Of a stretch of DNA of 64,000 nucleotides, positions 1 through 10,143 are shown piece after piece. Position 1 is the first letter of the stretch; each line of letters begins with the position of its first letter. The notes below the pieces were generated by a model, which saw only the letters and a program-made list of their open reading frames with translations, did no database searches and was not told the DNA's origin. Both the position numbers and the translations under genes were made by a program. The stretch is taken from the IMG/VR virus record IMGVR_UViG_3300032326_001218; one strand, 5' to 3'. Origin of the DNA: an uncultured virus (IMG/VR IMGVR_UViG_3300032326_001218) (Duplodnaviria > Heunggongvirae > Uroviricota > Caudoviricetes).

Positions 1-1
1 T

Positions 2-799
2 GCAGGTAACACAACAACTGCATTAGATATTCCTGAAATCGATCTTGAATTAAAATCAGAGGCTATCGTTGCTAAGACTCGTAAGTTGAAAGCAGTATGG
101 ACTCCTGAATTAGCACAAGACTTAAACGCTTACCATTCAATTGATGCAGAAGCTGAATTAACTTCTATGTTATCTGATTACATCTCTTTAGAGATTGATT
201 TAGAAATTTTAGATATGTTAAAAGCTAACGCATTAACTACTGAATACTGGTCAGCAACAATTGGTGAAGAATACTTAAACAACGGTGCAACTGGTCAAGG
301 TGCATGGGGTTCTTCAGTTCCTTCTGGAGCAAACACTTACTATACTAAGAACACTTGGTATCAAACATTAGGTGTTAAGTTGAACAAAGTTTCTAACAAG
401 ATTCACCAATTAACACTTCGTGGTGGTGCTAACTTCGTAGTTGCATCTCCTGATGTTTGTACTATTTTAGAATCAATTCCTGGCTTTACTGTAAACGCTG
501 ATAAAGACGCTTTACAATTCGCAGCTGGTGTAACTGCAGTTGGTTCTATGAGTAACAGATTCACTGTGTACAAAAACCCTTATATGACTTCTAACGAAAT
601 CTTAATGGGCTTCAGAGGAAATAACTTCCTTGAGACTGGTGCTGTTTACGCTCCATATGTACCATTGATTATGACTCCATTAGTGTACGACCCACAAAAC
701 TTTACTCCGCGTAGAGGTGTGATGACTCGTTACGCTAAGAAGATGGTTCGTCCAGAATTCTATGGTAAGATTTACATCAAAGATTTAGCTAATATCTAA
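2..799 (+). CDS. gp23: Major capsid protein, T4 gp23-like (5' end lies outside the window)
   Basis: Frame is open from position 2 (AGNTTTALDIPEIDLELKSEAIVAKTRKLKAVWTPELAQDLNAYH). It carries typical gp23 motifs AKTRKLKA-WT-ELAQDL, YAPYVPL and P-RGVMTRY. The ORF-track start at 86 is an internal TTG. Confidence 0.96.
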   Translation, partial: AGNTTTALDIPEIDLELKSEAIVAKTRKLKAVWTPELAQDLNAYHSIDAEAELTSMLSDYISLEIDLEILDMLKANALTTEYWSATIGEEYLNNGATGQGAWGSSVPSGANTYYTKNTWYQTLGVKLNKVSNKIHQLTLRGGANFVVASPDVCTILESIPGFTVNADKDALQFAAGVTAVGSMSNRFTVYKNPYMTSNEILMGFRGNNFLETGAVYAPYVPLIMTPLVYDPQNFTPRRGVMTRYAKKMVRPEFYGKIYIKDLANI

Positions 800-835
800 T
801 CTTGATAGAATCTAACTAACGATTCATAAAAAAAG

Positions 836-864
836 AAGGGGGTGAGAAATCACTCCCTTTTTTT
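836..864 (+). terminator. Rho-independent terminator after the capsid gene
   Basis: AAGGGGGTGA-gaaa-TCACTCCCTT stem-loop followed by a T run; an upstream A run suggests it may be bidirectional. Confidence 0.85.
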
Positions 865-882
865 ATGCTTTTATTTTTATGT

Positions 883-890
883 ATATTTAT
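883..890 (+). promoter_or_regulatory. ATATTTAT putative late-promoter motif
   Basis: Lies 24 nt before ATG 915; the same motif recurs in 11 intergenic regions. Confidence 0.65.
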
Positions 891-914
891 TAATAGTAAA
901 AACTCAAATAAATT

Positions 915-1757
915 ATGCTAACAGAAATAAGTTGGAATCAATTCCTTACAATGCCTGGTGTTGAAAAACTATCATTAACGGAACAATCTAGACAATATTC
1001 ATTATATTGTGAACAATTAGCACAAGAAAGATTATTCTATTATAATTCAAATCCTTATGGCGGTGGTGGTTCTACGGCAACTACTGATGAATTTCCTGGT
1101 GGTGGTACTGGGGCAGTAACATTTAATGGTACTAATCAATACTTTACTGCATTGAATTCAGATGTAGTGAATTGGTTGCCTGGTACTGGTGATTTTACAA
1201 TTGAGTTTTTTGTTAAAAATGGTAGTCAATCAGTTGGAGCACCTAGAATATTCTCATTAGGATTTGATACTGGTGCAACTATTGGGATTTCACAAGAAGG
1301 TGGTGGTCTTTATGTATGGCCTTATGGAGCTGAATTATTTGGAACATATCCTGCAAACTATGGTAATAGAACTGCTTGGATGCACGTAGCAATTTGTAGA
1401 AGTGGAACAACTACAAAATTATTTATGGGAGGCGTATTAAAAGCTACTAAGACCGGTGATACAAGAAATATTAATGATTCAATTAACCCTGGCTTTGATT
1501 TAAATGTTGGTGTTGATAATCCGGAAGCAATGTTCCCTAATTGGTGGGCTGGTAAATTAACAAACTTCCGTTGGGATAATTCAGCAATTTACACTGGTTC
1601 TTCATTAACAGTACCAACTGCACCATTAACTAAAACGGCAACAACTAAACTATTAATGTTAGGTGGTGGTTCTACAAATCCTGTGTATGATGCAGCTAAA
1701 CTTAATACTTTACAAAACAATGGTTCTGTTTGGGATGCAGAAACTCCATTTTCATAA
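915..1757 (+). CDS. LamG/concanavalin-A-like domain virion protein (possible capsid decoration or adhesin)
   Basis: GDFTIEFFVK...WMHVAICRSGTTTKLFMGG pattern of LamG-like beta-sandwiches, after a short helical N-terminus and a Gly linker; directly follows the capsid gene. Confidence 0.7.
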   Translation: MLTEISWNQFLTMPGVEKLSLTEQSRQYSLYCEQLAQERLFYYNSNPYGGGGSTATTDEFPGGGTGAVTFNGTNQYFTALNSDVVNWLPGTGDFTIEFFVKNGSQSVGAPRIFSLGFDTGATIGISQEGGGLYVWPYGAELFGTYPANYGNRTAWMHVAICRSGTTTKLFMGGVLKATKTGDTRNINDSINPGFDLNVGVDNPEAMFPNWWAGKLTNFRWDNSAIYTGSSLTVPTAPLTKTATTKLLMLGGGSTNPVYDAAKLNTLQNNGSVWDAETPFS

Positions 1758-1776
1758 TTAATTGGAACAATATAAC

Positions 1777-1811
1777 AAAGGTAGGTGGGTAATTCTCATC
1801 TACCTTTTTTT
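1777..1811 (+). terminator. Rho-independent terminator
   Basis: AAAGGTAGGTGGG-taatt-CTCATCTACCTTT stem (with G-T pairs) followed by a T run. Confidence 0.8.
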
Positions 1812-1835
1812 ATTTTACCCCTTTCCAACAATTTT

Positions 1836-1843
1836 ATATTTAT
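1836..1843 (+). promoter_or_regulatory. ATATTTAT putative late-promoter motif
   Basis: 22 nt before ATG 1866, directly after a terminator. Confidence 0.65.
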
Positions 1844-1865
1844 AAGAGTATTAAACTGATTTTAT

Positions 1866-2249
1866 ATGGCAGCTGGAAAATATTCTTTTATAATAGAGCA
1901 AGGAGCAACAACAAATTTTCAAATAAATTGGACAGATTCTAATGGAAATCCGGTTGATTTGAGTGGTTATCATGCAAGAATGCAAGTTAGACCTGGTATA
2001 GATGCATCTGAAGTTTTATTAAATCTATCATCATCGCTTTCTGATTCTTGTGGTACTGGTATTCATTTGAGTGGAAGTAACGATATAACTCCATTACAAA
2101 GTGGTTCTATTGGAATCTACATTTCTGCAGCATCATCTTCTTTATTGACATTTAATGAAGCATATTATGATTTGGAATTAGTAAAAGGATGTGAAGTACA
2201 TAGATTATTAGAAGGTAAGGTAAAATTATCTAGAAACGTAACAAGATAA
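1866..2249 (+). CDS. Small beta-sandwich virion adaptor protein (fibre-attachment type)
   Basis: IEQGAT...PVDLSGY-ARMQVR...YYDLEL...RLLEGKV pattern typical of small phage fibre-anchoring domains; precedes a fibre gene. Confidence 0.55.
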   Translation: MAAGKYSFIIEQGATTNFQINWTDSNGNPVDLSGYHARMQVRPGIDASEVLLNLSSSLSDSCGTGIHLSGSNDITPLQSGSIGIYISAASSSLLTFNEAYYDLELVKGCEVHRLLEGKVKLSRNVTR

Positions 2250-2250
2250 G

Positions 2251-5200
2251 ATGTCAGTAAAAATAACGGAAAATATAACTAATACAAAGGTAACGGTAAA
2301 TCCCGCGGATATCACTGTAAATAATAATGTTAATAAAATTACAGTCCAAACCTTTGTACCTGAAATTTCAATATCACAAACAGGAGCATCTGGTAGAGAT
2401 GGTATTTCGGGTACATCAGGTACTTCTGCGGAATTTGCATCGGTAACGATTTCTGAAACAGCACCGGATACTGGTACTTCTGGAAAACTTTGGTTTAATT
2501 CAAACGAAGGAACTCTTTATGTTCAGTATGATAATGGTGAAGAAATAATTTGGATACCTACAAACGATTTAGTAGGAGCTGATGGTTCTTCTGGTTCATC
2601 TGGAACTTCCGGTTTAGATGGAACTTTATTCGGTTCATCTGGAACTTCTGGAAGCAGTGGCACATCTGGTAGTTCTGGTTCATCGGGAACATCAGGTAGT
2701 AGTGGCACTTCTGGTACATCTGGAAAAGATGGTACATCTGGAAGTAGTGGCACATCTGGTAGTTCGGGTTCAAGTGGAAGTAGTGGCACATCTGGTTCTT
2801 CTGGAAGCAGTGGCACATCTGGTACATCTGGAAAAGATGGTACATCTGGAAGTAGTGGCTCATCCGGAACATCTGGAAGCAGTGGCACATCTGGTTCATC
2901 TGGCACATCCGGTTCATCAGGAACTTCTGGCTCGTCTGGAAGTTCTGGTACATCTGGGCAAGATGGCACATCTGGTACTTCTGGTTCATCTGGTACAAAC
3001 GGTACTGATGGTACTTCTGCAGAATATGCCGCAGTTTATATAGCAACCGAAGCACCAACAACTGGAACAAACGGAAAGTTTTGGTGGAATAGTAACGAAG
3101 GAACTTTATATATACAATATGAAGATGCAAACGGAACAAATTGGATACCTACAAACGATTTAGTGGGAGCTGATGGAACTTCAGGCTCATCTGGTAGTAG
3201 TGGTAGTAGTGGTTCATCTGGAACTTCTGGTTCTTCTGGAAGTAGTGGTTTATCAGGTAGTTCAGGAACATCCGGTGTAAGAGGTGAAGTTTATAGAACA
3301 ACTTCAACCACTTCACATACGTTAGGAAATGCTGGTACAATTGGCGTGGCAACTGGATTAGGATATTCGGTGGCACAAGATATAATAATAGCAAATAGTT
3401 TAACCAATCATCAAGTATCACAAATAATTTCATACAACACAAATACAGGTGAATTGATATTTGATTCACCATCACAAACAGAAGGTAGTGGTACATATAC
3501 TTCTTGGATTGTAAATTTAGATGGTGCAGCTGGTGGAGATGGTTCATCTGGAAGTTCTGGTGTAAATGGGAGTAGTGGCACATCTGGTTCATCTGGAGAA
3601 AGTGGAACATCTGGTTCTTCTGGCTCATCTGGAGAAAATGGAACTAGTGGGTCATCGGGTACATCCGGTTCATCTGGTGAGAGTGGTTCTTCTGGTTCTT
3701 CCGGTGAAAGTGGCACATCGGGTTCATCTGGTGAAAGCGGTTCTTCGGGAACGAGTGGAGAAAGTGGAAGTAGTGGAACATCCGGTGAAAGCGGAAGTAG
3801 TGGTTCATCTGGTAGTAGTGGAGAAAGTGGTACATCTGGTATAGATGGGACTAACGGAACAAATGGAGTAGATGGTTCTTCTGGTTCTTCGGGCTCATCA
3901 GGAACTTCTGGATTAAGAGGAGATTCTTTATTCGCATTAACTGGCTCAGTTTGGGCAACAACAAATACATTAGAGATTACTGGTTCATTAACTATAACAT
4001 CTTCGGGTACTTTCACAAATATTGGAACTGCAAGATTTTTAGGAAATGTAACAACAACTGGTTCATTATTAGTAAGTGGTTCAACAACTCAAATAGGAAA
4101 TAATACGTTATTAGGTAATACTTTATTGAGTGGTAGTATCATCATTAGTGGTTCGGATAATCCAACAACTCCTACAATTAGAGTATTTGGTGATATTCAA
4201 ACCGATGGTGTAATTAAGTTTGACCCGGTTAATAAAACAATTGATAATTCTATTTCAGCATCTTATATATTTGTAAGTGGTTCTACAAACGATTTATACT
4301 TCTCACAAAACGGAGATGGGTATTCAAATATAACTCGTTTAAGATGGATTGAGGGTAACTTATACACCGGTCTTTTGGGTGGTGGTGTAATTTCTCAAAT
4401 AGATTCAAGAAACTACAAAATTGGTAAAGGTAGTGGTATTATTGTAAATCTAAATGCATCTACTGGTTCAATAGAGCCATATCCAACCGTTCAATATGTT
4501 AGTTGGAACGATTTATCATCATCTATAAATTCCCTATCAGCATCTTATGACCAACAATTTGTTGGTATAGATAATACTGGACATATCGTAAAGCAAGGAA
4601 CTCCTTTTGTAAATGGGCAATTTAATACTTTAATCAATATTGGTTTAGTATTACACCAAAACAATTCTACAATTAATGCTGTTAAAACACAACCATCTCT
4701 TTCTTATGGATTAGGACAAAGAGTTGATATATTTACCAGAGCATTTGGTCCTCTAAAACTTGGTGGATTTATTCTTTCTGGTAGTGGAACTCAAGGAATA
4801 CAAGTAACATCTGGTACTGGATTTTTACAAGGAGCAGCATATACCTATGACGCAAATGATGCTGATTATGTAATTGATGGTGGTACAACTACATCAAAAA
4901 TATATAGATACTACAACACATCTTCATATACCGATAACATTTATGATACAAATGCGGCAGCTGGATATACTGTATTAGACCCAACACAATATTCAAATAA
5001 CGGAACTTTAACAACGGTAGATGGTACAAACGCGACAAACTCTCAATGGACAATCCAAAGAGTATTTTGGTTTCCTAATTCAGTAGCAAAAGCATTTATA
5101 GTTTATTATGGTAATGCACAATATACAACACAAGCGTTAGCATTAGCAGGATTGCAAGAAGAAAGATTTTCAGAAGCACCTAATACGGCAGCAAATGCAA

Positions 5201-6717
5201 TTTATTTAGGAGCAATTTTATTAAGAAAAGATTTTACTTGGGCAGATTCGGCAACATATAAATTAGTACCTGCTGGTCTATTCCGTAGTGTATCTTCTGG
5301 TGGTGGTGGAACTGCATTAGCAGGAGCAAATGGTACTTCTGGTACTTCTGGTGTAAGTGGAACATCCGGTGTTAATGGTACATTCTTTGGTTCATCGGGA
5401 ACATCTGGATTGAGTGGAGCTGGTATCGCAAACTATTATGGTAACTTTTTTTCAACTGGTTCTCAACTTGTGACTGGTGCAAATATCGCAACAACCGCAT
5501 CATTGGAAAGTACTGGTGATGTAAGTGGAATTAGTATAGTAGATAGTAGAAAAATAACAGTAGCGAATACCGGAGTTTATGAAATTACATTCTCTGCGCA
5601 AGTTGAAAAAACACAAGGTAATGCGGCATCAATATCAATATGGTTTCAAAAAAATGGTATAAAGATTGATAATTCTGCATCTTATACTTCATTAGCATCA
5701 AATTCAGTTTATCAAATTGTAACTGTACCGTTTATCATATCCTTAACTGCGGGAGATTATTTAGAAGTTGTATTTGCATCTGATTCTCAATATGTAAGAA
5801 TAGTTGATATTGCGGCAAACGCAGTTGATAGTTCGCCACAAGCACCATCTCTAATTGTAACTGCAAAACAAGTTGGTGTGGCAGTTGGTTCAACATCCGG
5901 AACAAGTGGAACATCTGGTTTAACAATTCAAACGGGTTCATTTGCAACAACTGGTTCAAATGTATTTATTGGTAATCAAACTATAAGTGGTTCATTAATA
6001 GTAAGTGGTGCATTAAGAACAAACATAATAAGTGGTGGATTAAATGTAAATGGTGGTATCACTGGTTCTTTACAAGGAAATATAACCGGCAATGCAGCTA
6101 GTGCTGGGACTGTTCTTATAGTAAACGCTTCTGCGAATCAAAACTACGCAATGCTATTCACAACTGCTGGGGTTAATGGATATTTATCACCATCTACTGA
6201 TGTAGCTGGTGGTGTATTATATAACCCATCCACAAACAAAATGGAATTGACCGGTTCATTGGCAGTGACAGGTTCAATGACAATAGCAAGTGGTTCACTC
6301 ACAATGCCAAATAGACCGGGTGTTAGAGTAACGGGAGCAGGTGGTGCAAAGGTAGCAGTAACAACATTATCTGGAAGTTATCTAAATGTAGATTGGCAAC
6401 AAAGTAATGCTTGGGATAATTCAACTGGTACGTTTACTGCACCAATAGCAGGATTGTATCAAGTAAATTTGGTAACAAGAACAAACTCAAATACATTGGG
6501 TACGATATCTCAACTTATAGTTTTCAAAAATAATACAGGTGGAACAACCGGAACTCCGCAAATAATGATTGAATATGCTGCAAGTACTACTATGAACCAT
6601 ACTGGAGGTTCTACTATTTCTAAATTAGAAGTAGGTGATACACTTAAAATGGTAGTTGCAGTTGGTGAAATCAGTTTTGATGCAAACGATAACTTTTCGG
6701 TAGCATATATAGGATAA
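2251..6717 (+). CDS. Collagen-like (Gly-Ser/Thr-Ser) fibre protein with BclA-like and C-terminal C1q-like domains
   Basis: Long G-X-Y tracts; a duplicated AP..G.G..W.NSNEGTLY.QY module; an internal ITVANTGVYEITFSAQ...LTAGDYLEV domain and a C-terminal WDNSTGTFTAPIAGLYQV...KLEVGDTL domain, both C1q/TNF-like. Confidence 0.75.
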   Translation: MSVKITENITNTKVTVNPADITVNNNVNKITVQTFVPEISISQTGASGRDGISGTSGTSAEFASVTISETAPDTGTSGKLWFNSNEGTLYVQYDNGEEIIWIPTNDLVGADGSSGSSGTSGLDGTLFGSSGTSGSSGTSGSSGSSGTSGSSGTSGTSGKDGTSGSSGTSGSSGSSGSSGTSGSSGSSGTSGTSGKDGTSGSSGSSGTSGSSGTSGSSGTSGSSGTSGSSGSSGTSGQDGTSGTSGSSGTNGTDGTSAEYAAVYIATEAPTTGTNGKFWWNSNEGTLYIQYEDANGTNWIPTNDLVGADGTSGSSGSSGSSGSSGTSGSSGSSGLSGSSGTSGVRGEVYRTTSTTSHTLGNAGTIGVATGLGYSVAQDIIIANSLTNHQVSQIISYNTNTGELIFDSPSQTEGSGTYTSWIVNLDGAAGGDGSSGSSGVNGSSGTSGSSGESGTSGSSGSSGENGTSGSSGTSGSSGESGSSGSSGESGTSGSSGESGSSGTSGESGSSGTSGESGSSGSSGSSGESGTSGIDGTNGTNGVDGSSGSSGSSGTSGLRGDSLFALTGSVWATTNTLEITGSLTITSSGTFTNIGTARFLGNVTTTGSLLVSGSTTQIGNNTLLGNTLLSGSIIISGSDNPTTPTIRVFGDIQTDGVIKFDPVNKTIDNSISASYIFVSGSTNDLYFSQNGDGYSNITRLRWIEGNLYTGLLGGGVISQIDSRNYKIGKGSGIIVNLNASTGSIEPYPTVQYVSWNDLSSSINSLSASYDQQFVGIDNTGHIVKQGTPFVNGQFNTLINIGLVLHQNNSTINAVKTQPSLSYGLGQRVDIFTRAFGPLKLGGFILSGSGTQGIQVTSGTGFLQGAAYTYDANDADYVIDGGTTTSKIYRYYNTSSYTDNIYDTNAAAGYTVLDPTQYSNNGTLTTVDGTNATNSQWTIQRVFWFPNSVAKAFIVYYGNAQYTTQALALAGLQEERFSEAPNTAANAIYLGAILLRKDFTWADSATYKLVPAGLFRSVSSGGGGTALAGANGTSGTSGVSGTSGVNGTFFGSSGTSGLSGAGIANYYGNFFSTGSQLVTGANIATTASLESTGDVSGISIVDSRKITVANTGVYEITFSAQVEKTQGNAASISIWFQKNGIKIDNSASYTSLASNSVYQIVTVPFIISLTAGDYLEVVFASDSQYVRIVDIAANAVDSSPQAPSLIVTAKQVGVAVGSTSGTSGTSGLTIQTGSFATTGSNVFIGNQTISGSLIVSGALRTNIISGGLNVNGGITGSLQGNITGNAASAGTVLIVNASANQNYAMLFTTAGVNGYLSPSTDVAGGVLYNPSTNKMELTGSLAVTGSMTIASGSLTMPNRPGVRVTGAGGAKVAVTTLSGSYLNVDWQQSNAWDNSTGTFTAPIAGLYQVNLVTRTNSNTLGTISQLIVFKNNTGGTTGTPQIMIEYAASTTMNHTGGSTISKLEVGDTLKMVVAVGEISFDANDNFSVAYIG

Positions 6718-6740
6718 AAAAATTAAATAAAGGTTTTTGA

Positions 6741-6748
6741 ATATTTAT
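6741..6748 (+). promoter_or_regulatory. ATATTTAT putative late-promoter motif
   Basis: 16 nt before ATG 6765. Confidence 0.6.
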
Positions 6749-6764
6749 TAAAAGAAACAAACAA

Positions 6765-7961
6765 ATGGCATTAACTTTTCCAATATCGGCATCAATAGGA
6801 CAGACTTACCAAACTGGTAGTTCCAACACTTACGAGTGGACGGGGACCTATTGGAAAATCAAAAATGTAATCAATTTCAATGCATTTTCTGCATCAATAG
6901 TAAGTAGAATTGATAATATAAATGTGACTGGTGGGAGTATAAATAGTTCTTCATTTGCAACAACTGGTTCAAATACTTTCAGAGGTCAGCAAGTTGTAAG
7001 TGGTTCAATTCTAATTAGTGGTTCATTTATACCAGCTACACCAAGTGGTAGTTTCACATCATCATTCAGTTTAGGTTCTCCTACGAATGCTTGGAAAGAC
7101 CTTTATATATCACAAGGTTCAATCATTTTCGTAGATGCAATTACAAGAGCTACTTCATCGTTCTCAATAACAACCGATGTTGATGGAGAAGAAAATACTG
7201 TACAATATTCTGCAGCAATAACCGCATCTAAATATTTTGGAGATGGTGGTGGATTATATAACTTACCATCAAATACAAATTGGAATAAAAATAAAGAATA
7301 CATTCTAAGAAATACCGAACAACTAACTTTTTCAGGTGATTATATTTTAGAAGATTGTGCTTTATTAATTGAAGGCAGTACAACAGCTAGTATTGGTAAT
7401 TGGATACCTGTAAACTTTAACGGAGATGGTACTATAACTCGAACTTCGGATAACACATATAGAATTGATGGTCCAAATGATGATGATGCTGATGGATGGC
7501 TTTTCATAAAGAAATACTTTGATACCGAAACAACAATGTCAATAGATTACTCATGGGGTACTTCGGATGATGTTGGAGAAGATTGGCCAATATATGAAGT
7601 ATCGCAGCAAGAACCAGAAGAAGTAGATATTATTAATAGATTGGCAAATACTAATACTCAAACCGAAAATGGAACTTGGACAATCAATGTACCCGCTAAT
7701 AGATGGGTAGCAATTGGTGTTTATAGCACGGATAGTTGTTGTGGTAGTGGTAGTTTGCAACTTACACTTCCATACGAACCTAATAATAATATAGTACTAT
7801 ACTCAACAAACAAATCATTCAAAAAAGAAGGAACAATATTTATAGGTGGAAATCTATTACTTAAAGATAGTGTTATTGAAAATAATGGTAAGATAAGTGT
7901 GGGTGGTGAAGTTATACTAATAGGAAGTTCATCAATAGTAGGAAACGGAATAATAATATAA
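6765..7961 (+). CDS. Virion fibre-associated protein
   Basis: 398-aa ORF with an MALTFP...TYEWTGTYW N-terminus, the SFATTGSNTF motif shared with neighbouring fibres, and a YFGDGGGLYNLP fibre motif. Confidence 0.6.
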   Translation: MALTFPISASIGQTYQTGSSNTYEWTGTYWKIKNVINFNAFSASIVSRIDNINVTGGSINSSSFATTGSNTFRGQQVVSGSILISGSFIPATPSGSFTSSFSLGSPTNAWKDLYISQGSIIFVDAITRATSSFSITTDVDGEENTVQYSAAITASKYFGDGGGLYNLPSNTNWNKNKEYILRNTEQLTFSGDYILEDCALLIEGSTTASIGNWIPVNFNGDGTITRTSDNTYRIDGPNDDDADGWLFIKKYFDTETTMSIDYSWGTSDDVGEDWPIYEVSQQEPEEVDIINRLANTNTQTENGTWTINVPANRWVAIGVYSTDSCCGSGSLQLTLPYEPNNNIVLYSTNKSFKKEGTIFIGGNLLLKDSVIENNGKISVGGEVILIGSSSIVGNGIII

Positions 7962-7965
7962 AAAT

Positions 7966-10134
7966 ATGCAATACATTCAATTACAAGGGCAACAAAGCTC
8001 AAGATTAGATACCCCATTAGAAGAAGGTAGTTTCAATTTGTTTATAGATTCAAACGATGGAGCTATCAAAGCAAAAGATAGTGAGGGAAATATAACAAGC
8101 GCCGGTGGTGGTGGATTGGTGGAAACCACTTATACTGAATTATATGGTTTATGGGATGATGCGGCACTAACTCCTGGTACTTACTATAAGATTACCAATT
8201 TTAGAACTTGCTATGACCAACCTAATTATGATGTTAATGGGTTTACAATTACAACAGGTAACTATAAAACAGGAAGCCTTTCACCTATAATTGTATTAGC
8301 ATTAGATTCTGGTTCTTTGGCAGCTGATGCATTCCAACCTGAACATCCAAACGATAACATTAAATACGATATTTCATTTAATCAAACCGAAGTAACATCT
8401 AATCCTGCATTTGGTAGAATTATATATAGAAAAGATGAGAGAGGAAACGTAATGGATTATGACTTTAGAGAAGTTCGTTTCAAAAGATACGATGTATATG
8501 TTTCTGATAGTATATATGATGGAACGATTAGTTTAAGTATGACAGGTAGTGCCGGTTTTATCACAGGTAGTGGAACGAGTTTTACTAATACTTTTGCTTC
8601 TGAAAGTATTGTTGGTATTTTAGATACAAATAATAATCCTCTTGTAAGTTATTACGCAGTTTTACAAGTATTGGGTGACCACGGAATGGTTGTTACTGGA
8701 AGTACAATTCATACCGTTTCCAACAAACGATTAGTTAATGCAAGAAGCAGAGCAGGATTATCTTGGAAACAAAATAATATCTTATCAAATACCAATGAGT
8801 ATGAATATCTAACTTTCCAAGCCACTAATTGTTTTAATAATGTAAGCACAAATAATATTGAATATACAAAGTGGTCTGAAGATTTAGATAATACTTTCTT
8901 ATTACCAAACAATGTTTTTAGAGATGGTTCGTATCTAAATAATTCATTTGCACGTGATTTTAGAAATAATACATTTGATGATGATTTTGATAGTAACACA
9001 ATTACAGACCAGTTTTACAATAACAGCATCTATGATGATTTTGATAATAACACAATCAGCGCTCCATTTTATGATAACATAATTGATTGTAATTTTCAAC
9101 ATAATTTAATTATGGATTCGTTCTATAATAATAATTTGGGGGATGATGATGGAATTGATGTTGATAATAATACTTTTAAAGGTAACTTTAACAATAACTT
9201 CTACTCAGGTTATAATGATATGTCATACAACACATTTAATAAAGATTTTAGTGGTAATATCATCAATCGTTCATTTAGAGATAATACTTTTTATTATGCG
9301 TATAACAATGTTTTTGCAGCGGAGTTTAATGATAATAAAATAGGTGATGGGTTCTATGATAATGTTATTAACGAATCTTTTTATGATAATATTATTGGAA
9401 GTGATTTCTATGGTAACACTATTGCAACTCCTAATGAAAATAATGGAAGTTTTCAACACAATGTAATTGGAAATAATTTTTATAATAACACAATTGGTTC
9501 TAATTTTTCATATAACCAAATTAGAAATTTCTTTTTTGATAATACTATTGCAAGTGATTTTGGATTCGGTGGCGGAAATTATAGAGGTAATGTAATCGGA
9601 AACAATTTTAATAACAATACTATTGGTGAATATTTCTATGATAATAATATCGGAGATAATTTTGAGTATAATACAATAGGTGATTACTTCCAATTTAATA
9701 GGGTAGAGGCAGCTATTGGTTATACCGATTTTACCGAATATTATGGAAATCTTATAAGCGTTTCATTCTCCAATGGAATTGCGGGAACGGATGGAACTTA
9801 TAGTAATGTAACTCAAACATCAACTTCTGGCATTGGAGTAAATGCTGAATTTGAAATTATTGTGACCGGTAATACGGTAACTACTGTTAATGTTACTAAT
9901 GGTGGAAAATTGTATCGAGAGGGTGATACTATAACAATAGCATCTGGTTCATTTGGCGGAACTAATAATTTAGTTTTAACTGAAGATGCATTAAGCTTAG
10001 TACCAGAGGTTTATAGAAACTATAATAAAAATATTCAAAGAGCCGCTAATGGAAATGCTGTATTAACTGCAATTTTCACTGGTGAAGGATATTATCCTTT
10101 CATAACTGAATTCATCACACAAGCAATAGATTAA
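7966..10134 (+). CDS. Virion protein with Asn-rich beta-solenoid repeats
   Basis: 722-aa ORF with tandem ~10-residue N-x-I-G-x-x-F-x-x-N repeats (about 8930-9700). Confidence 0.65.
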   Translation: MQYIQLQGQQSSRLDTPLEEGSFNLFIDSNDGAIKAKDSEGNITSAGGGGLVETTYTELYGLWDDAALTPGTYYKITNFRTCYDQPNYDVNGFTITTGNYKTGSLSPIIVLALDSGSLAADAFQPEHPNDNIKYDISFNQTEVTSNPAFGRIIYRKDERGNVMDYDFREVRFKRYDVYVSDSIYDGTISLSMTGSAGFITGSGTSFTNTFASESIVGILDTNNNPLVSYYAVLQVLGDHGMVVTGSTIHTVSNKRLVNARSRAGLSWKQNNILSNTNEYEYLTFQATNCFNNVSTNNIEYTKWSEDLDNTFLLPNNVFRDGSYLNNSFARDFRNNTFDDDFDSNTITDQFYNNSIYDDFDNNTISAPFYDNIIDCNFQHNLIMDSFYNNNLGDDDGIDVDNNTFKGNFNNNFYSGYNDMSYNTFNKDFSGNIINRSFRDNTFYYAYNNVFAAEFNDNKIGDGFYDNVINESFYDNIIGSDFYGNTIATPNENNGSFQHNVIGNNFYNNTIGSNFSYNQIRNFFFDNTIASDFGFGGGNYRGNVIGNNFNNNTIGEYFYDNNIGDNFEYNTIGDYFQFNRVEAAIGYTDFTEYYGNLISVSFSNGIAGTDGTYSNVTQTSTSGIGVNAEFEIIVTGNTVTTVNVTNGGKLYREGDTITIASGSFGGTNNLVLTEDALSLVPEVYRNYNKNIQRAANGNAVLTAIFTGEGYYPFITEFITQAID

Positions 10135-10143
10135 TAAAAAAAT

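Noticed and set aside
86..799. ORF-track start of the capsid protein at 86
   Set aside because: The frame is open and gp23-like upstream to position 2, so the true start lies before the window.
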